A DNA stretch of 57,628 bases, filler included, from Streblomastix strix (taxonomy: Eukaryota), in the NCBI GenBank assembly GCA_008636045.1. It is 3 parts of 3 records of this genome, joined end to end, with 100 filler letters (N's around TTAATTAATTAA, not from the genome) between each part and the next. Parts side by side here need not be neighbours in the genome. Positions count along the whole stretch, not along the records: positions 38,504 to 57,628 come from SNRW01000543.1; 2 more parts are not named here. One strand, given 5' to 3'. The translations under genes were made by a program, and so were the position numbers. Positions 40,065 to 57,048 of this stretch are shown here, piece after piece (position 1 is the stretch's first letter; each line of letters starts with the position of its first letter). The notes beneath the pieces were generated by a model, which was not told where the DNA came from, did not search any database, and worked only from the letters and a program-made list of their open reading frames with translations.

Positions 40065-41640
40065 TATATTCATATATTTATTTATTATTTAACATATTTT
40101 TGAACTAGGGTGCATGATTAAACAACAAGTTGGATCAAAAATTTTGACAAAAAATTTTGAAGCAGAGTTTAGCAGAATAAATCTAATTTTATCTACATAA
40201 AATTTCCCAGGATTGCCCATTCAAACTCATTAAGCTTCAATTTATAAGACTGGTTCTCTCAATGAATAATAATAATTATCCTTATCATTATCGCCATCAT
40301 CATCCATGATTTAAATCAAATAAAATAAATAACCAAGCCAAAAATAGTTCTGATTTATTACAGATCCAAACTATTAATTCATCAGAGATGAACAGCAATC
40401 AAAGTTCATCATAGTTAATCAAGCTGTTATTCGTCAACCACAACTCTTACAATGTCCTAAAAGATTAGTTGAAGTCAAGGTATATATATAGGAGAATAAG
40501 TCCAATATATCAATAAAATGGAGCAGAATGAAAATTTTCAAAATATGATAAGTTTTATGATGAATAAACTCTAGAATCACTCTGATGAAGATGAGGCCAT
40601 GAGATTATGTATGTATATATTAAATTGATTATCAACCGAAGAATTAAAGAGAGTGAAAAGAGATTTTGAACCATAAATGACACTAACATCCTTCTATTAA
40701 TCCTAAATATAAAGGAAGATAGCCAAATATAATAGTAACGCAATTCACATTGATACGAGTTGGGATTTTGGCAGTGGAACGTGTAATCAATAAGATGAAT
40801 TTCAGGAAGACTTTATAGATGAGTCTCAATATATAGAAATTTGACCACTGGGCAAAAATAATAAGAAACACAACCATAGAAAATATTAAATAGGTTAGAA
40901 GAAGTCAAGAAGAAACAAAACATAAATATAATTCTATTACAATAATTAAGTGTTGGACAGTCGCCTTGGACCATAATTTAGTTAGAGGAATTATCTGAGA
41001 CCGCCAGTGAGGGCTCCAGATCAGTCATACATGAAACTTAGATCGATACAACCCACCAGCAGAAGGCAATGGATAGCCTTTCCGACATAAACTTACCTAT
41101 AGAGTTAGACTACTCCTTACCCGAACTAGAATTAAAGCTCAATTTTGAGTATTGATCTTGTGGGAATGATTACAAACCCATTCATAGTTCCGAAAGGAAT
41201 GTATCATCAATACATTGCAGATGAGGCAGCATATGTTTTTCAGGCATCGAGAGTTACTTTTCCAACTGATAGAAAAGTAAGAATAGTAGAATCTACTACT
41301 GATAGCATAGTTTCGGGCTAAATAGGGGTTACTGCAACCAAACTGATAAATATTTAGACAAAACATTCTACATAACTCTAGTGAAATTTAATTCATGATC
41401 TAAAAGTTGAGAACAATGAATGCAAAACACCTGCCAGAAGTAAAGCTACAATCACAAATGCTTTTGATGTCGCAAACTAGAACCAGATCGAAGACTAGCA
41501 GCGCTGACAGACAGGTTCGAGTCTTCGGACGTTTTCAACTAATGGGAATTCAGAACAGATTAAAGGAGGAGATTCAAACACTGGAAAACTTTCCTAGGAC
41601 TCTAATAGAGGAAACATTACAATCACAACCTAACACAGGA

Positions 41641-43550
41641 ATGGGGAGAAAAATAATTCGTTATATAAAGACGTGGAAACTAGTAAAAGAAGCAGAGTTC
41701 AAACAAAAAATGTTTTTCCTACTGTTCTAAAGCGAGGACAGCGAAGTTATTTTGCAATAGAAACTCAAGATTTGTCCGTTATCAGATTCAAGAGAAGAGA
41801 AAATAGCTTACACGGAGAAACTGGAGGAAGAATTAAGAGAAAACATAATAGAAGTGATACCACCAGTGTAGGCTTAATCGTTTTATCAAACGTTTATAAT
41901 TCCGAATCCATATGAGAAATGGAGAAAAATTTTGGAAACATGTTCTCTGAATAAAGAAATATAAACTATTCATTTCAAGATGAATGGAACAGATAAGGTG
42001 AGACATTTGATAAGGAAGGGAGAATGGGCAACAAGTCTAGATCTGAAGTTGGCCTTTCACCACCTAATAGTATACCTACCATATTGACCATATCTTGCAT
42101 TCGAAGCTATGGGTAAAGTTTATTAATATAGAGCAATGTCGCTTGAAACACATCGCTCCCAAATCTTCTTCGCATAGGCACTAGCAATTGTCCTAACTAA
42201 GATACGGAGAGAGTCGGAAATAGGAATCCTTATTTACGTAGATGATCTGCATCTTTTACTCTAGGACAAAGAAAGATTACAAGAATAAACACATATAATA
42301 GTGAAAATTCTGGAAACATTTGGGAGTACAATAGCCTAAGTAAAGCGCGAAACAGAACTTAAACTACAGATCAACTTCCTAAGTTGAGCTTAGGACTTGA
42401 AAAGGATGTATTTAAAGATGACAAACCTAAAAAGACAAAAACTATACTTTCAGTTAAGGAGATTTATAAATCTATCGTAGAGAGAAGTTCCAATAAAGAT
42501 CAAATAATTAGCTTCGATAATTGACAAGCAGAACTTTTAGAGAGTTCAAGTAAGAAATGCTTCCCGTTATTTATAACGAATTAACTCAGTAAGGACAAGA
42601 GAATTGAAGAATTAGAACTGGAAAGAGAATGTTATACTACATAAAAATATCCTTTACGAACTTTATTGTTGGAAGGGAGCAATATCGAGAAATTAAGAGA
42701 AGACTCTAGAAGTGAGAATTTCAGAGGCAGTTATGGTATCAAACGCATCTCCGAAGGGCTTGGGAGTGATTCTGAAACTGCAAGTAGAAGATACTTTAGT
42801 CAAATATGGAAAATGGAATAAGGAACAAAGAAACTAGATAAGCAATAAGAAAGAGATGGAAGCTATATTCTTAGATATATACCACTACAGATAAACCTTT
42901 GGAGAGCTGCAAATCAAAGCGATCCTTATTATATCAGACAGCTCTACCGCAGTTTAGGATATAACTAAGTAGAGAGCAGGAGAAACATTGGTAGCAGAAG
43001 TGAAGAAAATAGTTAAACAGTAACAATGACTGTGAAAACAAACACAGACTCTACATATTCCTGGAATATCAAACAGGATAACAGGTGTTCAAAGTAGAAT
43101 AAATAAACAAGTCGACTACTCACTAAAGAAGGAGATATTCTGATCTCTTAGCCATGCATGGAAGATAATATCAACATTGGACTTGTTCACATCAGAGGAA
43201 AATAAACTATTGGATAGATTCATGGTAATAGGCGAAGAAAATGAAGAGGAGGAATGGATAGATGCATTTTCAAGACCGTGGAAGGAGGAGATCTTTTGGA
43301 TCCACCCACCAATTCCAAAGATTGGAAAAGCTCAGATCGCTTTAGAGAAGATTTATCCTAAGTCAATCGTGATAGCACGCTGATGGCCAGTTCAAATATA
43401 GTTACCATACTTACTAACAAATAGCAGCGGATAACTTATTTTTTGGAGTGAGCACGTTGATTCTGAACCTAGGGAAGGAGATGATGAAAAGGAAGGACAT
43501 ACTACCCCAGGGAACATCGTGGCATTCTTCATGGACGAAAAGTTGAGCAA
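41641..43550 (+). pseudogene. DIRS pol (RT, RNase H, MT-like), copy 3
   Basis: Motifs as above. Several TGA and TAG codons replace expected Trp/Arg, e.g. FLS*AQDL for FLGWTWDL and PY*PYLAF. Confidence 0.88.
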
Positions 43551-44850
43551 GGAAGAAAACTAATAACAGAATTTTTAGACAATGTGAACATGTTTAAAGA
43601 AACCAAGTAAATGATAATAGAATGTCAAAAGTATAACACTCAAAAGAAATATATATAAACAATGGGAGCGTTAGACGACTGGATGAGGGGAAAAAATTAT
43701 ACAATTGAAAATATCATGAACAAAAAGATATCATTCACACCCACTGAATTAATGAATTTGCTAATATGAACAAAGAAAACAAAGCCATCATCTGCAAAAC
43801 ATCATGCATGAATACTCAACGCAATATTTTCTCTTATATTTGGAATAGTACAAGTCTCTGCAACTTCGTAGAGACTCATTACGCACGCAATATCTAATCA
43901 TCAGATTAATAATCCGAGATATGGGAGTAACTGTGATATAAATTAATAGTATGATTATTGATGAGAGAGACCAGAAAGTAATCTACTCTCGAATGAAGAA
44001 TTACAGATAAAGTTAGCTTCATTATTAATGTCATTATGTTTTGTTGGAATGGGAGAAACGGAAAATATATTCTTATCTGTATCAATCATAGATGATGAAG
44101 ATCTGACTGCAGCAGTTTGCATCTTGTATAAACAATCTAGGGAGAGAGATATATAATGTAAGGAAAATAGGCGATGCCAAAGCGTATCTTACTGTGACAT
44201 TTTTTGCTTGACTGATAAAACTCTATAAACTCTTCTAATAAAGTCCAACAGATTTCATACACATATTCTGGACTGAGAATTGGGAGCAAGCTGATCAGAG
44301 ATACATTAGCACACGTCTTAACAGATTTATTCATACTTTCTGAATCAATGGAGCCATAGTGAACTCAATAAGACATGCATATTCTACAAAACTAGCTGCA
44401 CAAAAGTTTGATAGTAAGACAATAAACATCTTTACACACTATACACCTGATTCAAAGATGAACCAGTAGTTTTACGTTTTTTACTGTAAAAAAGGAGCAG
44501 AATTCCATAGCATCCGCGCTTGTAAGCAATCTATGTGAAAAGCAAACTATTTAGATTATCTCAAAATATAGTGGTGAAGCAAGAGTCTCCGAAGGAGATG
44601 TATTATAATAATATCCTTTAGGAGATGATTTGTTGTCATCTCCATTAGAGGCCCTTGCTTCACTTCTTTCCCTCCCGATCATTTTTACCAAACTCATCGT
44701 TGAAACTGAGTCTCCTAATGATCACGAGAGAGCGAAACGCTAGAAATCGCAGATGTTGAAGGATGATCATGATGTGGAACCGCAGGATGAAGCTCAAGAC
44801 TCATGCATTACAAAGTATTCTGATCAAGCAACAACTTCTGAATCTTAGAA
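43520..44850 (+). pseudogene. DIRS tyrosine recombinase, copy 3
   Basis: LQIKLASLLMSLCFVGMGE (Arg box, decayed), VNSIRHAYSTKLAAQ, NIFTHYTPDSKMNQQFY. Frameshifts are present. Confidence 0.8.
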
Positions 44851-45329
44851 ACGATGAATGAGAAGTCATGAATGAGAATAAGTCAAGTATGAGGTTTTCT
44901 GTCACTTCATACATTAGTTAGATACAATTTTTCCCTTTTCCTTACGTTTACAAAAAGAAACTAAGAGGAAAAAATTTCTCAATTAATTTTTTACCTATAT
45001 TTCACTCGATTACTTTTATTTATCACTTCGCCTGCTAACATTTTAATCATAGAAAACCAACATTAGCACTTCTAATAGTAACTTTTAACACTTTCTTTTG
45101 TATTTTAATACATGGCCTATCCATGTGGATAGGCAGCTCAACGGAGCACCCAGTCCCAGCGGTCTATTTGTCGATCTAAAAATAGAGAACAGAAAAAAGA
45201 GTCTCTTATAGAGATGATTACAAATGAGCTTTTATTCTTTTTTCTTTATTTTACATTTTCCCTTATTTTTTATTTAAATACATATAAATATAGTCCATTA
45301 ATCTTTTACATAATTTTAATCAGTATCCT

Positions 45330-48850
<3,521 letters not shown>

Positions 48851-49559
48851 TTGAAAATCATGAATTAAAATGATATCAATGAGAAAAATGAAAATTTATG
48901 AAAATTTAATGAATTTGAAACAAATAATAATTAAAAATTATGAAAATATGTTGAACAATCACAAATCTAATAATATTTCAAATTTATATGTAAGTAAAAT
49001 GTAAATCAAATATAATAATGGAATTAAGTAAATATATATCGATTGTATCAATGATTTTAGTATTAACGTAGAAATTTAAATCAAAAAAGTTTTTCAAGAT
49101 TTCATTTGTATTATTTATGCATTTGAATGTATTTATATGTAGAACAATACATAAATTAATTAATCTAAGTTTAGTGTCACAAATAATTATATTTGAATAA
49201 AATTTAATGTTTAAATTGATTTAAAAGTTAGAAAATTCAATTTGCGAGACTTGAAGATAAAATTTTAGTAGCGAATAGAATTAATTATAACGTTACTACT
49301 AAGTATTAAATTAACAATAGTATAAAATGAATTTAACAGTTTGATTCTAAAGATTTTACGATTTAAAATATAAAAAAACATGCGAACTGAAATAAATTTA
49401 TTAAATATAAAATAAATAAATAAATATTATATGTTTGACTTCAAAATTACTATAAATTTAGATTTACTTATTATTATTTATTTGAATGAAATAAAACTGC
49501 TGTTTTTTCTCAAAGCGAATTTTGGGTGAGAAAATTTATCATTTGGCTCTTTTACACAG

Positions 49560-50020
49560 ATACTAAATCTACAGTTTAAATAACAATATGCACACAAATT
49601 AATAGATTTCATTTATTAAATTTCAACATGAATTGCAGTTCATATCTTTCTAGTTCCCTTCAGCCAACCTCTCCCCATAAAAAAAGGATAATTTTGATAA
49701 TTCCACTCAAGCACCGAATCTCTGGTAAAAATTATAATAAACACACAAATAGTAATATATATATAATATATGATATATTTTATAATAAATCCCTTCCTTC
49801 TTATGTCCCTCCAACTTCTCCCATAAAATTATGGGTTAAATTGCTAAGAAAATGGCCCATTTGATTCCTCTGATTAAATGCAGAGTCTCTAGCTCAAATT
49901 ATAATACGCACACAAATAATTGGATTAATACGTTTTAATTATATTATTGCCTATATCTAATTTCTTCCTTGATCTAACTGTCTAACCTCTCCCATAAGAT
50001 TTTATTAAAATAAAATGGCC
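49560..50020. repeat. Degenerate ~160/320-bp periodic repeat
   Basis: C(C/T)AAC(C/T)TCTCCCATAA-like motif at about 49664, 49811 and 49982. GCACACAAAT at about 49590 and 49908. AAATGGCC at about 49850 and 50013. Confidence 0.55.
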
Positions 50021-50803
50021 AAAATTACTTTTTCTCGTTTACTTTAATATTACTATAGTAGTATTTATAATTTTTATATTAATTACATTAAATTAACAAA
50101 AATAATTATATCTATTAACATTATTTTTGTTCTTATTGTATTAAACAATCACATTTTATTTAATTTTAAAATTATTTGGGTTAAAACTTGAATCATAGGT
50201 GGGTAATTTTATTTTGTTGGGTTATTCCGAAATTACCTATTTTCAGTATTTTTTACAAGTGATTCAAGAAAATCAACCAATAAAATATCACATTTTCTTG
50301 ATAATAAAAAAAAGTTAACTGTTTTATTTTATATTTTTTAACAATTCATATTGAGCTGGATTTACAAAAAAAAATTGATTTGATTTAAATTCTTATTTGA
50401 ATTGAGAAACTAGCAATAGAAAAAATACACTATAATGAATATTTGATTTCAATAAATAAATATAATTAACAAATATTTAATAGAGTGTGGAATAAAATAA
50501 ATAAAGTATATTAAAAGTTAATGTAGTAAAATATTAAGAAACAATTCAATGATGATAAAAAAAATATTCATAATGATTAAAAAATATTAAATTTAAATTC
50601 ATAAATGATCAATTTTATCTCAGATATAATGAATACAGAAAATTAAAGAAAAAATTAAATTATTATAATCTCCCAAAGTTGAAAAATAAAAATAAAAATA
50701 AAAATAAAAACGAGCTTTCTTTTCCTTATTTAAATTCTTTATCAATGTTAATATTGAACTGTTTATGATTAAATTATTAAAAATTTATTTGTATTTCATT
50801 TAA

Positions 50804-53800
50804 TCACATATCATTAAAGTTTGGCTAGTGAGTAAATGAAGATGAATATTAATATAAAGAAGAATCAATCTAAATGGAAGAATCATCAATCATTTATGAT
50901 GGTGATTATACATTCAGATCATTATGAAATGAGTTTGTGTTTGAATGAAGTTAAAAATTAATGAATGAAGGAGGAGGACTTATGAATGAAGATAAAGATA
51001 ATAATGAAGATGAAGATTATGAAAATTAATTACCAAATGGAAAAGAAGGAGAAATAATTGAATCTGGGATGAGTTGTGAAAGTGAAGGGAATTCCAATTA
51101 TGAAAAATATGAATCATCTAAATTGAAAGGGGAGTGCATATGCAAAATAGATTCTGACGATGAATCCTATGTTAATAATTATGATTATATTGTTGATGTG
51201 GAATGAAGGAGTGAATCAATTGTTGATGTTGGATTTATATTATCTGAAATTTGTTAAACTTATTCTACTTGAGATACTTGAGGCATTTGTAATTGAACAA
51301 ATGCTGATTAATTATTCATCAAATTATTTAAATTTTCAGGTTCATCTAACTTGATATTTGTTTCTTTTTCATTTTTATCAATAAATTTCTATTCAATATT
51401 TTCTTTATTATTCAAATCATATGCAAATTCTTCACTATCCATTTCTTTCTTTTTTTCATTCATTAATAAAATTCCATTTCTCTTTTTCATTTTATTTTCT
51501 TATTCATTTCTAATTGCAGAATCGTTTATTATCTTTTCGCCTTTAGTTTATGATAAAGAGTCTTCAAATTAGTTATCTATTCTTTCATTCTATTAATAAT
51601 CTGTTGGTTTTTCATATTTTTAATGGCTTGAATTAATATTATTTAAGTTTATATTATCAATATGATATTAATTATTAATTAGTTTAGATTCATTTATTTA
51701 TGATTAAGAAATAGGATATGGATATTATGAAGGAAATGATTATAAATATGTAATTGGTTGCAAAAATAATTGTTGCTGATGAATTGGAACAGGAATTGAT
51801 TATTAAATAAGTAGAGGCTTTTAAGAATGTAAAATCTGTTATTAAATATAAGATTATTGAACATAAATTGGTTAATGGACTTGATTATTTGATAGATTTT
51901 ATAATTAATTTTAAATTGATTATTAATTTTTATTAATTATTTATGGAATGATTAAATAATTATTATTAACTGATTCTGAAATTTATTATATTAAATTATT
52001 TTATGGAGGCAATGTTTATTATGCTTATTATTATTATTATGGCAATATTGCATTAGGTTATTGAATTAGAATTTAATTAATTGGTACAATTGATATTTCT
52101 TAACTAAAAGGGTTTTCTTGAGAACTAAGAGAAATGATTTTCTGAGTTCTATTTGGGTTGATTATTTATTTTGATTTATAATGTTCTATTAATTTATTCT
52201 TATCAGTGTCTAATTCTTATGATTATAAATGTTTATTCACTTTATTTTCAGATAACAAGTAATGATATATTTACTAATCATTTTCATTTTATTATTCACA
52301 TAATATCTATACTTTATTAATATCATTTATAGTATTATAATTTTGTAGACTTTTCCTTTCAAATTATTGGTTTTATTGTATAGTATATCGCTTTTCATGT
52401 TTTTCTCTTGTTTATACTTCCGAATTTGAATGTTAGTATATTATATTATTTTATTTCTAAATATTAAAGGATAATGATGAATTAAGAATTGGTGTTGGTA
52501 ATAAAGATGGAGTTGAATTGAAATTTGAAGATTATGATTAAGACTATTTAATATTAGGAGAATAGTAATATTATTAAGGAATTATATTTGAAGAAGAAAT
52601 TTTAGAAAGAGATTGAGAATTGAAATGATTATTATATTACTAGGGATGTGTCAATGTTGATTTTGATTAATATTTTTAATATTGGGGAGATGTTGCATTG
52701 TAAATTTGAAGAGAATTATTTGGATGTGAATGTCTTTGTATTTATTGAGAAAAAGAAGGATTATGTGGATAATTAGATTAATAAGTTTAGTTTTCAAATT
52801 TTTCTTGACTATAAAATTGATTTTATTCCTTTCTCTTATTAATATTTGATCTGTTGTAATTATTATTTATATCTTATGAATATTAGGATGGAGAAGGTAG
52901 TAAGGAATAATTCGAAGAAATTACTAATTTATTGGTTTTATTTTCAATATTTTATTACTTGATTATGTTCCCAATATTATTCGCTTTATCTTTCTATTCA
53001 TATTATAATAAATTTCTTTCTCTATCATTTTATTATTTTTCATTCTAAATTTCTTGTTTTTCATTTCTGTTTACTTCTATCATATCAATTCCAGTTTTCT
53101 TTTCTTTTATCTCATTCAATGATTTATATTATGAAATTAATTCTGGTGAAGCAATTTCAATGTTTACACCTACTAAACTCTCCAATGTATAGTTTAAATC
53201 TCTATGAATTGCATTTCGAAGATAAATATGAATTTTTGAATCACCAATATGCAATATTTATTCTTTCTTATCTCCCATCAACATTAATACTGACTATTAG
53301 ATATAAAAATATAATGAAATAATATTGTAAATAGAAAGTAAAGCAGTCTCTAATAAAAGCAAAACAGATTTAATTAGGAAATCAATTTCAAAATTATATA
53401 TAATTCATACTATTTAACCTCTCAAATTATTACCAAAATGAATAAATCCTTCTACAACATGTAATCCTTTACTATCTTTCATTAGATCAATTCTTTTAAC
53501 TTCTCCAAACTATCCAAACAAAGTAGATAAATCCATATCATTAATCTTATTTGGATCTTTCCCTCACTTGAATATAACTCAAATAGAATTATTTAATACT
53601 TTAGAATCAACCCAAGCAACTTTCATCCCTCTTATACCAAAGAAATACCTCTGAATTTATAGTTTTGCTATTTCTGCTTCTTTTCTGGAAGAAAATTCAA
53701 CAAAGGCAGTTCTCATCCCTCCTACCATTCCTACATCGAGATCAACCACTTAACCAAATGAACTATAAATAATGAATTGTAATATCAATAATAGATCACT

Positions 53801-54409
53801 TCATTCAAGTTATTATTTCAAAAAAACCTCATTTCACAGACAAGATCATCAACTCTACACATCAATGGAATATCACAAACTGCAAGACATGCATTTCGTT
53901 ATGACAGCTCCAGCCATACGCGTCTGCGTCCTACTCTCTGAAACAACAAAATGGATGTAAAAAATGTTTAATCATAACTTCACTAACAAGAATAATTCAA
54001 TACTAATTCTCTCCCTTATTCCAATGCTTGACAAGCTTCCTCTTCTGTCAGAAATATTGCAAACGCATAGCCTTTCTGCCGCTCACCATGATCACCGAAT
54101 TTAAGAATGATCTTCTCAAGCGCCCCTCGTGTTCGCAATGCATTCCATAGCTCCATGTCACTAAAATCTCTCAGTTGGCCTGAAATGCATAGACACCCTG
54201 AATAAATACATTATGAAAATAATAAGTCCTGCTTTAAAAATTAACAATCTATGCGCACGTTTATTCTCGTCAATAGATGCCTAACTGCGTAATAATTATG
54301 CATCACACTAATCAAGAAAGCTAATTACACGATCTGCTTGTTGTGCACTCATGTTAGAAAGTTAGATCTTTATACTTTGCTCGCTTCTTATCATCCCTTC
54401 TTCATTCAT
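50804..54409 (-). pseudogene. Multi-RRM RNA-binding protein with a long Gln/Ser/Asn-rich tail; introns; in-frame TGAs
   Basis: ATG 54409. LCISGQLRDFSDMELWNALRTRGALEKIIL…QKGYAFAIFLTEEEA (RNP1), MRTAFVEFSSRKEAEIA, DLSTLFGQFGEVKRIDLMKDSKG..GFIHF. Two TGAs at about 53564-53581. Poly-TAA (Gln) tract at about 52020-52040. Final TGA at 50806-50804. Confidence 0.72.
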
Positions 54410-55499
54410 TTCCGGAGTCTGTGTTTTTTCTTCACCTCAATATATTCATAATATGTAAATAATAGAAAAGCAAACCTAATGAATTTTCAATTAATCAAAT
54501 CGTATTTTCTTTATGTCGATATAGATGAATATCTTCAAAAATTATTTTGAATCATGTAAAATATTTGTGGTTACTTTAGAGAGTAATATTAAATAGTGCT
54601 AAATAAATAATTAATAATTTTATTTGAATTTTTCTTTTATACAGTTCGTTAGCTTGTCTGTGAAAAATTTAATATTGAAAAATATCGAACTGAAATAAAT
54701 GATGATACGCTTTAGAAAATATATTAGTTTGATTTGCATTAAAAAGAAATTTGTTTTATGATATGATTTATCATAAAAATGGTAGTATTTGTACAGTTAC
54801 TTTACAATTTATGTTTTCAATGATTTTTTTATCGCCAGTATAACAGATCTTTGCGTTATATGTTAGTTTAGAATTTTCAAAAAAAATTATCATCTATTTT
54901 ATAAATATAATGAATGCAAACTTAATAAAAGTTATCTTTGCTTTGTTTGTTTCCATTTTTTATGAATAACTAACCATCAAATATTTAATTTAATTTAATA
55001 ATTATCAATATTTAAATGAGTTTAAAATTAGATACCATATTAAAGATTTAAAATCAACCCATAGGGTTATTTCTCAATCCAATCTTCTCTGTCCAATCCA
55101 ATCTCAGGTGATCTCGTTAACTTCAAAGTATTTACGCTTGATACTGTAAAATTTTAAACAAAATAGAAATATAAATAACTACTTTTCATTATTTCACATA
55201 TAAAAACCTATATAATCTAAGTTACACACAAGAAAATTCTATTTCATTCAATAAATTTCAACAAAAATAGATGAATTTATTATTTAATATAGTAATTAAA
55301 TGAAGTAGTTAAATAAAACAGATATAATTAAATTATGCACATGTAAAAATTCGTATTTACAAATTGTAATTTACAAATAAATGTAGATACATATATAGAA
55401 CAAGTAATGCGAACGAATATTATAAAGATAAAAAAATTAAATATGCATTTTTTATTATTTTAAACACCCTTTATTATTATAAATTCACTTTTTGATTTA

Positions 55500-56400
55500 G
55501 ATTATTTTAAAAATTTTCAGTAAGATTTTCTTCTTCTTCTTCTTCTTCTTCTTCTTCTTCTTTTTCTTCTTCTTCTGTTTCAAATTGCATCTGTATTCAA
55601 CATTAGATTTTTAATCTCTATCAAAATATACTTATTCTTCATCTGATTCTTCTGTTATTTAAATAGAATTACTTTCAGATTCTTCAATTCTTCTAATTTT
55701 CAATAGTTTTTTTCCGATTTATTTCTTTAAGTTAGTATTTTTTTTGTTTTTCTTTTTAATATTTTTAATCATCTTTCTTCTTATCAAACTCTAGCCATTC
55801 TATTTATGTTTGTTCAGATGTTAGCACTTTAAATTATAACTCAAATTAATTTTTTTTCTTTTGAGTTTTATTTTTTTCATCTCCTCTCTCACTATTCTTT
55901 TCACTATTATTACTTTCTTTTTCATTTTCACTACGTTCAGATTCATTTTCTATGGATAATCTTTTTCTTTTGACATTTTTCATAGTTTAAAGAGAATAAT
56001 CTACTTCATCAGTAAATATTTATTTTAATACATTAATTATATTATTCTCTTCATCTTCTTACAATTCTATATCTTTTTACTCTTGATTCTTTTCAAAATC
56101 GATAAATAGCTTTTTCATAGAAAGTTCATATATTTTATCAATGAAACAATTACTAAATTCATGTATTAATTTTGAACATTATGATTTATAACTGAATTAT
56201 TTCAAACTTGCTGAATGTAGAATTTTTTTGAAAATTCTATCTTTATTGAGGAGCCATGATCCACTGAATTTAAAACCACGTTTAACAATTGAAGCTTCAG
56301 TAAATGCATGAAACCTAGCTGCTAATGCAGAAACTATTGCAATTCTATAAATTTTTATTGAAATATCAATTGGACTAAAAAATTATTTTTATTTAAAATC
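55500..56400 (-). mobile_element. Remnant of the C-terminal part of a Pogo/DDE_1-like transposase with an acidic tail
   Basis: RIAIVSALAARFHAFTEASIVKRGFKFSGSWLLNKDRI resembles the post-DDE 'I..GF..TGI.P.N' motif. A (GAA)n poly-Glu tract lies at about 55528-55575. Catalytic motifs were not seen. Confidence 0.4.
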
Positions 56401-57015
56401 TGATTTTATAGTGTATATTAAATAATTTATCAATCAATTAAAATTATAATGTTTTAAAAATGCACTTTAAAATATATTAAATATAATTTAAATTTTTAGA
56501 TAAAATTTTATTGAAATTTTTGCATTAAATTTTTTTAATAAAATTGTCTTATTTTCGAGTTTTTCAAAAGTATTTCAATTTACATGTTTATATTAATTTA
56601 TATATATGATGTAAATTAAATAAAAATATATTATCAAATAAGCAAATATTTGCACGTTCATAAAGTTATGATTAAAATTTAAAATTTGTATTCGACAATT
56701 TTATTAATAAATAGTTTTAAATTTTTAAATATTCAACCAATAAAACCAATAATCTATTGTTTTCATCTACTCACTAATATACATACATATATATATATAT
56801 ATATAATGTCATACCAATGTTTCTCAATCCTAAGAAAAGCTCGCTGGACGAACTTTTTCTGAGACAGATAGTTATTCAATATTAGACTTTTTTTTAACAA
56901 AAAATGCCTGCTTTGCGGAATAATTCATTAGATTTGCGAATTGTCGTTGCAAGTAAGATTTTCAGAGAACTAAAAGTTCCTGTCTTCCTAATCTACCCAG
57001 TCCACCAATATGCCC

Positions 57016-57048
57016 AATCAGACAATCAGACAATCAGACAATCCAGAT
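57016..57048. repeat. 8-bp tandem repeat (CAATCAGA)n
   Basis: CAATCAGACAATCAGACAATCAGACAATCCAGA. Confidence 0.8.

Larger units (their letters stand above)
40100..45250 (+). mobile_element. Decayed DIRS-type retrotransposon (copy 3); termini not resolved
   Basis: A gag-like region is followed by RT (EKWRKIL, EWATSLDLKLAFHHL, IYVDDL at about 42232-42249), RNase H (SNASPKGLG, SNKKEMEAI, HIPGISN), MT (LDLFTSEENKLL…DAFSRPWKEEIFWIHPPIPKI) and YR (NSIRHAYSTKL…FTHYTPDS). Confidence 0.88.

Noticed and set aside
56778..56804. (TA)n run and nearby TTTCTCAATCC word shared with 55070
   Set aside because: This is an ordinary microsatellite. The shared word is in direct orientation, so it does not define TIRs for the Pogo remnant.
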